Source of the DNA: Octopus vulgaris
Taxonomy: Eukaryota
Direction of reading: 5' to 3'
Length of the DNA stretch: 64,000 nt
Assembly (NCBI GenBank): GCA_951406725.2
Contig: OX597823.1
Span: 75,516,001-75,580,000 of the forward strand
Shown here in pieces: positions 1 through 13,037 of the stretch. The notes below the pieces were generated by a model. That model was not told the origin of the DNA and searched no databases. It saw nothing but the letters and a program-made list of their open reading frames with translations. Made by a program: the position numbers and the translations under genes. Every line of letters starts with the position of its first letter. Position 1 is the first letter of the stretch.

Positions 1-89
1 TTCTATCGGTGTGTTTTGCCGAACCGCTAAGTTTCGGGGACGTAAACACACCAGCATCATTTGTCAAGCGATGTTGGGGGTGGGGGCAA

Positions 90-128
<39 letters not shown>

Positions 129-274
129 CATATATACGACGGATTTCTTTCAGTTTCCGACTACCAAATTCACTCAAAAGGCTTTGGTCGGCCCGAGGCT
201 CTAGTAGAAGTTATTTGCCCAAAGTGCCACGAAGTGGGACTGAACCCGCAACCATGTGGTTGCTTAGCAAGCTA
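1..274 (-). mobile_element. tRNA-derived SINE, family A (octopus OK-type-like), partial
   Basis: Colinear with copies at 20994-21394, 23313-23457, 24505-24672. Minus strand has B-box-like GGGTTCAGTCCC and an internal (TG/TA)n tract. Confidence 0.85.
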
Positions 275-307
275 TGTGTATATACATACATAAATGTATA
301 TAATACA

Positions 308-343
<36 letters not shown>

Positions 344-366
344 TATATATACGCGTCATATATATA

Positions 367-1146
367 CGTGGACTGTGTTTCATAGAAAACAACTCTAACG
401 TACGCAGAGTAAAGCCCTTTGGTACAGATTGACATGAACTCTGCTGTGCATGTGCATTAAGTTTTTGGGCTCTAGTTCACTTCAACTTTTTACAGCAGTG
501 CTTGAAACCTGTGATCATAGCATTGACCAAAAGTAAGTTGAGCAGATAATCGGCATTAAATCTTGCCAACACCTTGGCGATAGCTCGTCTGGGGCCTAAG
601 CAAAGTTTTCAAAAGTTTTTATCGTTCTATACACAACTGAACCCTGACTGTTTTTGGGGTCATATTAAAGCAGTTTTTGCACAAACTTGTCTGGTACGCG
701 TCTCAAATATTTAGTGATAATTGAACCGTCACTAATCTGTACAGTTGCACGAACATGTGTGATGTTTTTTCAAATTCTGCTGGTTGCGGGTCTGCCAGAG
801 CTTTCATCAATACCAGCACATTTTTAGCCATATTTGAAATTTGTGAACCATTCTCACACTTGGGTGCGGACCTTGCACCCCTGTCTATACAATTTCTATA
901 AATTTGCGTGAGCATCTGAGCAGATATAGCCATGACAATTTTCTCTGTCGTGGTCAATGCGACGATCACACGCTACATACTTCCCTTCTAAGCACTGCTG
1001 TAAACAATGGAAGGGAAGTAGAGCAATGAAACTTAGTGCGCATGCAACAGCGGAGTCCGAGGTCAACCTTCGCCAAGCGGCTTTAGTCTGCTTGCTTTAC
1101 CTTCTTTACTATGGCAACAGTCTAAATACTTATTGATCAGACCTTA
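367..1146. mobile_element. Non-autonomous mariner derivative made of two inverted 5' halves
   Basis: Minus strand ~620-940 gives a decayed mariner HTH (RTQV*EWFTNFKYG*KCAGIDESSGRPATSR). Plus strand ~537-617 gives the N-terminus (VEQIIGIKSCQHLGDSSSGA*AKFSKV). Right end CTTATTGATCAGACCTTA is followed by TA. The same 5' end occurs at 46570-46765. Confidence 0.75.
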
Positions 1147-1150
1147 TATT

Positions 1151-1192
<42 letters not shown>

Positions 1193-3107
1193 GTATTTTC
1201 TATGTATATAGCTACCTAGCTATGTATGTGATGATTATGAAAATGTAATGTACGTCAGCTGTAGCGCTGATAAACTTTCAGTATTTTGTATCTCCTACTG
1301 GCGTTCAGTAGTTGAAGAAAACAAATTAATTTAAGTAAGAAGTGAAAATGCATGACAGATGTTTCCCATCACTAAAGTGCCTCTTGCTTAGCAGAATCTC
1401 TCCCGTTGGTCACTCGGTGATTTAAAAATAACAAGAACTCCGTGCAATCACAACACTGCATGCTCTTTTATCCAGTAAAGCGTTAGCCAAAATTATTTAT
1501 TTTTCCTTATCCATCGGGCATAATTATCCTATAAGAAACATACATATGTATGTAATTATATATGTGTGTCTTTGTGTCTTCGTGTGTGCATATGCAAGTA
1601 TATACAAACATGTATACATATTTGTGTGCGTGTGTATGTGTGTGTGTTGTGCATTATGTGCGTGTGCGTACCTCTGTGTGTGTAATACCAAAAACGATTA
1701 TTCGTTTGGTCTAGTTTCCAGAGAGTAGTTGCTCGGTGCGATTGCCATCATTGTTGTTAGTTTAGTAGGTATGGAATCTAATGTTTACTCATATCTTCTA
1801 ATGTTACAAAAACGTGTTGCTTAATTTCATATTTCAGTCTTGTTTAGTGTCTTAGAGACGTTGGTGCTTTACGTTCTTACTCTTTCTTTGATTTAAGCTC
1901 AGAATTTAGATCCTTCTTTCGCTTGCAGCATTTTATCAGTACATATATTGCAGTTAATTCCTTTCCACTGAGGAGTAATTTCGTCTTCAAATGTCCACCG
2001 TTATAAATAGATGTGTGAGGTAGATCAGGTCGGGAATGATTTCGAACATTTAATGATTCATTTTGTTTATGCGCGATACCCTGATTGCTGTCCAAGAGAC
2101 CTGGTGAACTTTCTGTAACTGTTTGTTATATTAGTCACTCACGTCTTGGACAAGATGACCGCTGTCAGACATAAACAGTACTAACTGACAGAGTCTTAGT
2201 TCGCTTCAGTTTCGTGTAAAATTTAGTGTGTTTATATTCCGTTTTCAAACATCAAATTCTAAAAATTGTTTAATATCATATGTTACGAATGAAGAAATTA
2301 TGATTTTCCCAGACGTGATGACAACATCTATTAATTTTTGTATGGGTCAGCATTTCTTCCAGTTTATTATTTCTAAATATGCAACAGTCTTTTTAGCTTT
2401 CTCAAGAAGTATGCATGAGGCTGACAGTATAACATTTGTCTTTTCAACCTTCAGCGATTCTATGGTTCATTTATTTAGTATTGAACAAGAAGTGAATATG
2501 CTGATTTTGACATTGATTCTTTTCTATAGACTATTGGTACCGTTGCTATTACACCGAGATGTTATGACGGCTTGGTGTGGTTGTTGTTGTTGGTGGTGAT
2601 GAGGGTGTAGTGGTCGACATCGTCGTATACTACATTGCGATTCAGAGATTCTTCAGTACTGCTCTCTTCGAGCTGTTTAATTTACAAGAGAACATCGTCA
2701 AAATTACTATTCATCGATACATAGCTATCTTCTAAAACACTACAAAACAAGTGATCAGGTGGCAAAATCCCCTGCGATAAAAAAAGAGAGAAAACCCGGA
2801 AATAGCAAGAGGTGGTAGAGCACTGAAAATATGTGATATCGGGCCCATTGTGAAGCAATTGAACTAATCTTCCACGATTTTCTGGAATATTCATTAAAAA
2901 TGGGAGATAGAACTGGATTTACGGGTGCAATAAATAAACTCAGTCTGTCAAAATGCAAAGAGTAATGCGAATAAGTAACTTCCCCAAACCCATTCTTACA
3001 GTACTCTCGCTCCCTCAGCAAAAGCGAACACAAGCACATACATATACTCATCTCTCTCACTTAAGTATCTTCTGATTTATTATTATTATTATTATTACTA
3101 TTATTTA

Positions 3108-3621
3108 TGGGTTTTTCTTCTTCTTTCAAATTTGCTTCCATTTCTTGCCGAGTGCCTTCCCGACTCCTAGGGCAAAGAAACTCATAGTATACATTGATAG
3201 GCCATTAAACTAAACTCACTAGTTGGTTCATTTTTTTTTTATAGAAATAAAGTTACATTAAAATATATGGGTAGTAATAGTTCTCACATCGACAATCTCT
3301 TCTCAATGCGTGTGATGTACAAGTTAAGACAATCGTTTGCACTTCTTGCAGGGATGATAAGCCAGAGATCATTCTCATATAATTTTCGGTTCCCTTCTTG
3401 ATCATTCCTAGTGCTCCTATGATCACTGGTATTGTAACCGCCTTGAGATGCCACATTTTTTCAATTTCAATGAACAGGTCTTTATATTTTCTGAGCTTGT
3501 CAAATTCTTTCGCCGAGATATTATGATCACAGGGGAATGTCATGTTGATCAATAAGCACACTTTATTGTTTTAGTCTTTCACAAGAATATCCGGTTTATT
3601 GGCTTTGATGGTTCGGTCTGT

Positions 3622-3622
<1 letters not shown>
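3108..3622 (-). mobile_element. R4/Dong-clade LINE 3' end (restriction-like endonuclease plus 3' UTR), 5'-truncated
   Basis: TDRTIKANKPDILVKD*...CLLINMTFPCD...KLRKYKDL..EIEKMWHL....IPVIIGALG, a PD-(D/E)xK REL domain. (TTA)n on both sides. Confidence 0.9.
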
Positions 3623-3754
<132 letters not shown>

Positions 3755-3759
3755 TAAAG

Positions 3760-3935
3760 CAGTCAAGCCTTTTAGTATGCCGAGGAAAATGCTTTACTGC
3801 ATTTCGTCTGTCTTAATGTTCTGAGTTCAAATTCCACCAATGTTGACTTCGCCTTCATCCTTGCGCAATGTGGTTGATCTAATCGACTGCCCCACCCTCT
3901 GAAAAATTTAGGCATTGTGCCTATAGTAGAATGGA
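3760..3935 (+). mobile_element. SINE family B, decayed
   Basis: TTCTGAGTTCAAATTCCACC..GTTGACTTCGCCTTCATCC matches the family B head and core (compare 22997-23195). Confidence 0.65.
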
Positions 3936-3974
3936 TTATTATAATTAGCATTATCAATATTAGTAATCTTATAG

Positions 3975-4640
3975 ATATTTCTTTTTATTACAGGTTTTGT
4001 TGGAACTCCTTGAGTCGTGCATGCGCAGCGGTCTTGCTACATGCAGCCTACGCTGCCATGCTATCCCTTCCTTTCAAATATTTTATAATTACCTGATTAA
4101 TCTAGCCGTTCAACATTTCTTCTGGGCACTTTATTCCAACTTCCTTTATATTCCTTTTATCTCTTTACTACTCACAAGGGGCTAAACACAGATGGGACAA
4201 ACAAGGACAGACAAACGGATTAAGTCGATTACATCGACCCCAGTGCGTAACTGTTACTTAATTTATCGAACCCGAAAGGATGAAAGGCAAAGTCGACTTC
4301 GGCGGAATTTGAACTCAGAACGCAGTGGTGGACGAAATACCGCAAAGCATTTAACCCGGCGTGCTAACGATTCTGCCAGCTTCCTTTTCATGACTTCTTT
4401 ACCTAAGGACACAACATTAAATGGCACTGCCTTCACCTTCTTCCTTTTCCAACGCGGTGCTATTTGGTACTGAACAGAATCACATTTATCTATGTTTACA
4501 ACCACCTTCTTGACTCTTCGCGGGTCAAAGCGGCACGCAACATCATCTATAAAGCACAAGTGGTGCATCTTGTCGATTACTAGGTGTACCTGCCTGCTAA
4601 TGCTCTAGTACCTGATCTGTTTGTATTGGGAAGTCCCAAT
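3975..4640 (-). mobile_element. Second R4/Dong-clade LINE 3' end, interrupted by a SINE
   Basis: Minus strand reads WDFPIQTDQVLEH* / LVIDKMHHLCFIDDVACRFDPR...VPFNVVSLG, and resumes past the SINE as KEVGIKCPEEML. Abuts (TTA)n at 4640. Confidence 0.8.
4161..4380 (-). mobile_element. SINE family B (tRNA head, Deu/Nin-like core) nested in the Dong LINE
   Basis: Minus strand: TGGCAGAATCGTTAG A-box, GAGTTCAAATTCC B-box, core TTTGCCTTTCATCCTTTCGGG. Probable TSD TTCCTTTT(C)AT at 4151-4160 and 4381-4391. Confidence 0.9.
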
Positions 4641-4645
4641 TATTA

Positions 4646-4703
<58 letters not shown>

Positions 4704-4708
4704 TTTAT

Positions 4709-4818
4709 GAAAACTCGCATCTTATTTTGCTGGGTATGTCGGAATGTGTTCGTCGTCCACAGCCAGGAGAAAAAGTGTGACACTTGTTTACTGGCCATGG
4801 TTCAAGAATCCTGCATCC
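4709..4818 (-). mobile_element. Short probable Dong-type LINE 3' tail between (TTA)n tracts
   Basis: 110 bp of unique sequence embedded in (TTA)n, in the same tract orientation as neighbouring Dong ends. Family assignment rests on context and recollection. Confidence 0.5.
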
Positions 4819-4871
4819 TATTATTATTATTATTATTATTATTACAACTGTTACTGCTGCTACTGCTGCTG

Positions 4872-4944
<73 letters not shown>

Positions 4945-4945
4945 A
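4818..4945. repeat. (TTA)n/(CTG)n/(CTA)n compound microsatellite
   Basis: Direct inspection. Confidence 0.97.
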
Positions 4946-7696
4946 ATTATTGGTGTCGATATTGTTGTTATTACTATAATCATCGTTTTTTATTATATTT
5001 GATTGATCAGGTATATTTTTCTTAAATATTACAGATATTTATTATTGTGTTTCTATAACCTTGTTTCGCTAATGATATTCATTCAACATATGACGATGCT
5101 ATCCTAATAATTTCTAATGAACTACATTCAATAGCAGGATCATCGTTATTAAAGTAAATCTGTATTATTAACAATGAATGACAAGCAACATTTTGGATTT
5201 CTGATTTGCTGTTTTTTTCGTTCCTTTTCATTTTTCTTAATGTTAATAATTTAGGATTTTTAATAAAATTCTTTGTCTATCATGCCATTTCGCACAAATG
5301 ATTTTACGTAAATTTTCTATTGATTTGTTCATTGTTGATTCTTCTATTCAAAGATGTAGTTGTTTTTATTTTTTAAAGTTTCTAAATAACTTTTAATTAT
5401 GCTTCTTGCTCATATTTTTTGCGTGTTCTATCCATCGTTTTTTTTCTGGTACTTTTTGTTTTCCTTCGATATTTATTACGCCATCACTACACATTATAAA
5501 TTAGGATTTGTGTAATTTTCTTTTTTCAAGATAATAAAATGTCAAATGTTTCCTGTTATTGTTTATAGGTGTTTTAATGTCCTTTCTGTATGTTTATTAA
5601 TTTTCTGCGTTATAGTTTATTGTTTTAAATTTATAGCTCTCTTATCGTCACTGTTGAACCATTTTCAGAACCACCCACCTCTATCATTACACAACATCGG
5701 CTACCATCCAACACGACTATAATTATTATTAAGACTGCTGTAATAGTCATCACATACAATGTATTCAGCCAATGATATCACATCCATTACAGCTAAAACT
5801 ACATTAATTAGTAGGACCACAACCAACACCAGCCATTATGGAGAGAACGTCAACGTTGTCACACAGTTTGCCACTTAAAACAGCTTTATCAAATCATGCG
5901 TTGCCACTTGTAAATCATCTTTCTAAAAAAACCTCCGAAGCCATCGGATTATTAAGGCTGAGAAGCCTTAATTGTAGGTTTAGTCAGTCTTTACTGACAT
6001 AAAACTAAGCAAAAATAACAAGAACAGCTAAAGACAAATGTACGCAGAAATAAAGGTCTTATTTACCTCGTGCCGAAGCCAATATACTCCTATAAACTCT
6101 ACAAAGATGACATTGAGGACAAAAAATGTATTTATACCGTTCATGAGTAACCGTTTAACTTTACAATTATTAAAAATTCTTTCTGAACACACAGCAGAGA
6201 TTCTCTAGGTGGTCATGCATCTTTATAAATATTGCAACCAAAACTTCTTTCCGTTACTTAACATTTTTGAAAAGTATGGTTAGTTTTTGGGTAATGAATG
6301 CAGGATATATTCCGGCGAAACATAATCACGGTTACATGGTTTATACGCTCCATTATATCTAATCTGGGTTGAATGGACCGCAGCAACATCAATAGAAAGA
6401 AAATAATATGAGTTTTCGAAACTGTACTTTGAGTGTATACTCAATACTAGTAACAAAATAGAGCAGGATAATCTTGTAGTCACCGAAAGAAAAAAATTAC
6501 AGAATTGTGCTATCAACTGGGATTTATTTTATGAACTCCAGTATGATGAATTGTGATGATAACCTCAGCGAGTAACTGACTAAACACCGCTGGGAAATTA
6601 GCAAAGGTGTTCTAATAATTTTGTCAATCTCACTCACTTATTATGACCCTATATTTCTAGAGCAGTCTCTGCGACCACAAGGGAGCTTCTATGCAGTCAC
6701 TAGAACAGCTAGAAATCATGTGAAATTTCTTTCAAGCAAATAATTTTATATCTAAATAGGTGAAGTGTATTTTATGCAGCGTAATCGTTGATATAGTTTT
6801 CTGTGCAAAAAAGAAAATATTGCCGCACAGGGAATGATTCTACATTTGGCGGATTAATGTTGATTCTGGATTAAATTACATTAATAAAAGCAAACGCAGC
6901 AACCATTATTAACGCTTTATAACAAGTATTAATCTCGTCTCAATTACTATGCGCTTTACACTAACATTAATTATTCATATTGCAAAGACGGGAAGCATAT
7001 TTTCCACAGGCACCAGTGACAAACAATACGGAAACGAAAGAAATAGACGAAAAAGAATTTCTTGAAATAAGATACTATGATTTAGAAAATTGAGTGTAGG
7101 AGTGTGTAAATTGTGTAATGCAGTTTTATTCTGAAAATGAGACGGGATTACGATGATTTGGCTATAAGACCCTTTAATTTCATGAGCATAACAAAAACAA
7201 TGAATTGAATTATCTTTTGCGAAGCTACTGTAATTATCCTATCAATACATATTATTTACTCACCCCAGTACTAACACGTCATTATCATCGCTATTGTCAT
7301 TTTGTTGTTATCTTACTATCAACATCAATATGAACATCATTCTCAAAATAGCTGAATTTGATAATGTAAAAATGGCTCTTGAATAATATAAGCAAACAAG
7401 TAAGATACTATGAGGTCAGAAGTTTTGCGAGACATACTAGCAAAATCACTCTCTAATCTAGACTATCCGCATGGAAAAAGAAGATGATACATTTTGTAAA
7501 GCAGTCGCAGATGAATTATGCTTATCAGAAAATATTTTTGATGTTTAAGGTGGCTTCCATTGTTTTTTTTTATTATTACATTGGTCAGGTCATATTCTGT
7601 TCACATTCAAAATAAAATTTTATCAAAATAGCCGATTATTTTGTTTTTATTTTTTTTCTGTGGAAGTTTCGTTATTAACATGAGAGATTATTTTAG

Positions 7697-7850
7697 GACT
7701 ACTACTACTACTACTACTACTAACACCAGCAGCACCACTACTACTACAACTAATATTACTACTACCACAACTACTACTACTACAACTATTATTACTGCTG
7801 CTACTGCTGCTACTACCACTACTGCTGCTGCTACTACAACTACTACTACT
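7697..7850. repeat. (CTA)n/(CTG)n imperfect microsatellite
   Basis: Direct inspection. Confidence 0.95.
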
Positions 7851-8109
7851 AAGAGCGGGAGAGAGAGAGAGGGGGAGAGACGAGGTGGAGAGACCGGTTA
7901 AGCTTAGTGTGTAAGAGCTAGCTGTCACTCGGGAGCCAGTATTGCTAGGTTGAATGTATCCTGCGTTTAATAAATGTTTTATGTTCGTACGTAATCGTGG
8001 TTTTGATATTTTATAGTCCTTTTTCCACTTGGGCATTTGGAATAACTAGAATTCGGCATATGAAAGCGAAGAAAGCATCAGCATCGGAGTCGTACGCATT
8101 ATAGCGGAG

Positions 8110-8388
8110 TTTTTTTTTATTATTTATTCGCTTTTTCAAGTCTAGTGAGGCTCATTGGCCTGGTTTTCCGGTTTCTATGGCGTAAATGTCCATCGCAGCG
8201 TTACTCAAGAAACAAGAAGAGAGAGTGAGAGAAATTTGGGGCGAAAGGGTACAACATGGGTCGCCAGCATCCCCTGCCGGAGCCTCGTGGAATTTTAGGT
8301 GTTTTGCTCAATAAACACACACAACGCCCGGTCTGCGAATCGAAACCGCGAGTCCGCTGCCTTAAACACTGGGCCATTGCGCCTCCAC
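8110..8388 (-). mobile_element. tRNA-derived SINE family C, tail type 1 (octopus OR-type-like)
   Basis: Minus strand head GTGGAGGCGCAATGGCCCAGTG...GGTTTCGATTCGCAGACCGGGCG matches the head at 19618. A-rich tail. Confidence 0.85.
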
Positions 8389-9149
8389 ATAGTGGATTAT
8401 ACTGGAGGAAAATAAAAATGAACTCCCCCTTTCAAGTATATATGGCTCCCACAGCATGAAGAAATGAACCCATGATCATATATTTTAGGACTGAGCATCC
8501 CGACAACTAGCTATCGCACAATGACACCTGGACACTCTGTTGAAAGCAAGCAAATAAAATGTTGGTTTTAAACAGTTTTAAACGAAATCCTCCAACGCCT
8601 TTCAACGCAGTTTTGATATATCAAATATCATCTAACACATCAGAGGGGTATCCGAAGTAAGGAATATTTGCTATGAATAAATTAATTTTAAAGTTTTATA
8701 TTTTTATATTTTTATCTTCCTTTAATTTTAGACGCCTAACATTCAAAAGTATTGTATAAATGCTACGTTCATCATTATTGTATTTCTGTTAGTGTCGTGG
8801 AAGTCAAATATAAGGTCGTTGTTCATGCTATTGTATAGTACGTGATAAATCTACTGGGAATGTTAATGAAGCCGGGACATTGTCATCATAATTGTTTTTC
8901 CTGCATTGAATCAAATAATACATCATTCAATACGATTGTGTGCCACCCCTTCTAACAACAATCAACATTGGCTCGCATGTATTATTAACGCATTTCGATA
9001 AAGCAAAATGATCCTTGACCATTCTTAGCTACTTTAAATAAATTCCGACTGTAAACATCACAGATCACGTTATCTATTGTGAAGAAATATGTTATATCTT
9101 ATTATTCGAGCTTCATAATTATAACTCCATTCTAGGGATAAATAGCTGC

Positions 9150-9660
9150 CATTTTACTCTAAAATATTTCCAAGTATACAATTAACGTACCGCATAAAAG
9201 AGTTGGTGTAAAACAGAAAGTAGTAAATCTAGTCGAGTTGATGGTTCCCCACAAAGATAACATGGATTTCAAAGTCGCCCGGACTTGATAGATTGACTAT
9301 TGTAAAGATCACCTCAAGAAATGTGGAGACGCGGCTGGAAAGCAAATCATTATCCAATCGAATTCGAATGCAGAGGGTTCACTGGAAATAGCGTGAGGCG
9401 ATTTTGTTGCCATTATACCTAACTCATCGTAAACAACTTTGGATAATACCCAGGATACAAGGAAGAAACCAAGCCACTGGATTTAGTTAAAAAGGGAAGA
9501 TGAGCAATGACTAGGAGAATATCGAATGAAACCTAGTAACACTTGATCTAGCAGGTGGAGTGCCATCTCAGTAAGGGTAGCCGGTGGGCAATGAAGCTAA
9601 GGTAAAAAAAAAAAACAATTGATTATGATATTTCTCAGTGTATTCAGACCGGTGGTCCCA
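9150..9660 (+). mobile_element. Highly decayed Hero/NeSL-like non-LTR retrotransposon 3' end
   Basis: Frameshifted KVVNLVELMVPHKDN...RGWKANHYPIEFECRGFTGNSVRR...SHWI*LK resembles the Hero C-terminal REL motifs IELTVP, PVEVGCRGF and WLWLKR. Confidence 0.65.
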
Positions 9661-10511
9661 TGATTGTTTAGTGAATGTTTTAAACTACTTCGTTATATAT
9701 TATTTCATTTAGCTACGAAGGAAACCATTTTACATACCTTAGCAAACCTCATTAATAAATGTTAACACAGAATACGATGAATATGCGATAAGTTTCCTTA
9801 TTATCGAAACTAGTTGAAACAATATTCTTACAAGAGAAACATAATCGAGAGAATGGCAACGTTTCAGATGATTAAACGTTGTTCGTGTGAATGATTATAT
9901 ATGTGAATGGTACTAGGTTATTAATTTCAAGATGTCTTACTGTAAATCTTATACTCGATAATTGATATCACAGGCATATGTCATAACGAAACGTTTAAAA
10001 TTTCTATATTAAATGTTGGAAGTGGGTCAAATTCTAAAAGATATCTTAAATTGATTAATCAAATGTCAGAGCAAAGACACACTATATTTTGCGAGTTAAC
10101 GTACATAAAACATTTGAGTTGGTGTATTACAAGCCATTGCAATTTATTAGATTTACATGTCAAATATCTGACTACTAGATGTCTACGGAGCTCGATATTT
10201 CCAATCTTTTACGAGCGTATAACATGCTATATTTAAATTCAATATATCTTTCTTGTAGTATCTCGAAAACATTCGTAGAAACTAAACATTGCGATATGTA
10301 GATTTCCTTCGCAAACACATTTTACTTTCACTTTCATAATATGATATCATTTCAAAATTCTTTCTTACGTACGCTTTCTATTTATATGTCTATGTGTGCG
10401 TATACTATGTGTAAATACAACCGATATACACATGTACATCCTCGCGTGTGTGGGTCTGTGCATCTGTATATATTTATGCATATTATATAGATTTATGCAT
10501 GTGTATATACA

Positions 10512-11557
10512 TTGTGTCATCCCATAAATAATGCGATTTTTGTATACATCTTGTATTTTTCAAAAGTCAGATAAAGTTATCTTTTAATCTAAAATATACT
10601 CTCCTTCATTTTCTACACTGCTCTTCCATTTAACTGGTAGAATTGCAAGGCTCCTCTTCCAAAACTCACTTGTCCATTACGAAATATACTCCTCCTGTAA
10701 CTACTGTTCTGACCTCATCTACATAATTCATATTTTTCCGTTCAAATGATTTGGAAGACTTCAGAATAAATGATAATCAGATTAGGTAATATCTGGCGAA
10801 TATGTTAGGTGAGGCATCCCTTGCCATTGAAACTGTTCCAGCTTTTGGAATGTCATCCTCGTCGTATGTGGCCGATCATTATCGTGAAGGAAGAACACCT
10901 ATTGTCTTGAAACCAAAGATGGTCGTTTTCCTTCTAGCGCTGATTTAAGCCCCCTGTTTGAGTTAAAAGTTGAAAGTGTATAAACCTGTTATATTCCACC
11001 AAACAGATGACAACTTACGTGGGTGAAGACCATTTATAGCCTCGGATGCCGGTATTTCTCTCGCTTGGCATTTTTATAAAGAACCACTTTCTCGTCGCCA
11101 GTGACTATTCGATCCCAAAAAGGTTCATTGATGAGACATGACAGCAAAGAAGAGTACATATTCACTCTCTCTGAGCGATTGGTTTGTGAGGAACACATTG
11201 ACCAAATTTGCTGGCTTTTCCGATGACATACAAGTGTTGATGAATGGTTGAATGACCAAATCCAAGCTTCTCTTCTATACTGCACTAATATTCTTCATAC
11301 TTTTCATTGCATTGTTGCCTTTATTAAATTCTGAAAGCAAAATATGCCAACTATTTTCGATTGCCACTTTCATTATAGCTTTCAAAAAACAACTGCTAGT
11401 ATCGAACTGCATTCTTAAAAACTTGCACTAAGAATAAGTATAAGGGAAAATTACTATCCCCGTTTTTTGGCAAGTTGATGGAAGTAGTTTACCCCGTCCC
11501 TCTCCGACCTTTAGTCCATGTAATTGAAGTAACCGCATCAGTTATGGTATGATCCAA
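10512..11557 (-). mobile_element. Mariner transposon, decayed, both TIRs recognisable
   Basis: RIVTGDEK, FFLHDNDRPH and YSPDIT*SDYHLF motifs. Termini TTGTGTCATCCCATAAATAATGCG and CGCATCAGTTATGGTATGATCCAA. Confidence 0.9.
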
Positions 11558-11635
11558 TGCATCTGTGTCTGTGTGAGTGTTAAATGAAATAAGACAACAA
11601 ATCCAACGGTGTATCAAATTTTCAGGACATATATA

Positions 11636-12868
11636 AAGAGAAAGAAATATTTGCAAATCAATATGTATAATATCATTTTGCACATATATGGCAAAGAGTG
11701 TTTCTTCGTTCATGATTCATTAGTTATATAAAAAAACAAATAAAGAGGTAAATTTAAACTTAATTCAACGCATAATTATAGAGGAGTTTTGAATTCCTGC
11801 AATGACATCACTTCTCAAACATTGTTGTGAATTATTTGATGAGAGCTAACTGTCCTTTAGTCGAAAACCGAATATGCCTTAGCCTGGATACTAATTTTTT
11901 GATAAGTTCAATCAAAAAGCGAGAGAAATATCCTGCAACGAAACAAGATTCTACTGCAATGTTTCTGAAATACATGAACTGAAGTGAACTGAGGCATGTC
12001 ATGAAGCTATATCTATGTATTTAGTTAAATGCATTCTTTTCTAATTTTTCTTGCTTTCGAATTTCAGTTATAAAAAAAATGTCTTTATAAACGTCTTGAA
12101 AATTCCACGCAGCCTTGGCTTTCTTGTCTCATTTTATATAACGGATACCTTATCACACAAGACTCGCGTAAGAATCCACACTCATATTATTATCGAACAG
12201 AAATTTTAACTACAACCTTCCAAAGCACTTACACAGCACTTGTGTTTGTGTGTGTGCGCCCGCGTGTGTGTGTGCGCCCGCGTGTGTGTGTGTGCTAGAA
12301 TATATATGGATGTGCACATGTTGAGAAAATATTACATTAAATTCAGCATAACACATTCGCTCAACCAATCTTATCGATTTCATACTTGAAATGCGAAAAG
12401 CAAGAAACAAAAAGAAACGAATGCATGTACATAGGTACAGCTTCATGAAATGCCTCAGTTCACTTCAATTCATCAATTTCAGAAACACTTCAGAAGAATC
12501 TCGCTTTTGGATTGAACTAATCAACAAATGAATATCCAGGCTAAGGCATATTCGTTTTTCGACTAAAGGATATTGAACTCTCTTCAAATAATTCACAACA
12601 ATATTTGAGAACTGATGTCGTTACACGAATTCAGTCGTCATAGATGGCCGTGGTTGAAATAGAACATGCTGAATACAAATAACTACCGTTACTCCCACAT
12701 GGAATTTAAAGTATGTGAACGGATACAAAGAGCCCTTACAATTATGTTAGATTTAAATTTAGCTTTTTTTCTTTTGCATAACTAATGAGTTATGAACAAA
12801 GAAAACCTCTTTGAATTATATGTGCCAAATTATGCTATATAGAGAGATTTGTAAATGTTTCTTTCTCT
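11636..12868. repeat. Old long inverted repeat (arms ~11636-12070 and ~12381-12868)
   Basis: CCTTTAGTCGAAAACCGAATATGCCTTAGCCTGGATA pairs with TATCCAGGCTAAGGCATATTCGTTTTTCGACTAAAGG, and TGAAGTGAACTGAGGCAT pairs with ATGCCTCAGTTCACTTCA. Confidence 0.9.
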
Positions 12869-13037
12869 TCTGAAAACAATGCTTCTAATATTATGTAAAT
12901 ATTATATCTACGAGCGCATTCATGACAGCGTTATATTTTTATGTGCTGTCGGGGTATCCACACTATTGCACGCTATGCAGTAAAAATATTTATGCATTCG
13001 TCATATTCAACATTAAATACTAAGTATAAGTTTTATA

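Noticed and set aside
2228-2599. 123 aa hydrophobic ORF
   Set aside because: Non-ATG start, T-rich compositional bias, and it ends in a (TGT/TGG) repeat.
7880-8036. NIKHLLNAGYIQPSN as a Ty3/Gypsy RT start
   Set aside because: Not followed by other RT motifs, runs into a microsatellite, and no LTRs are present.
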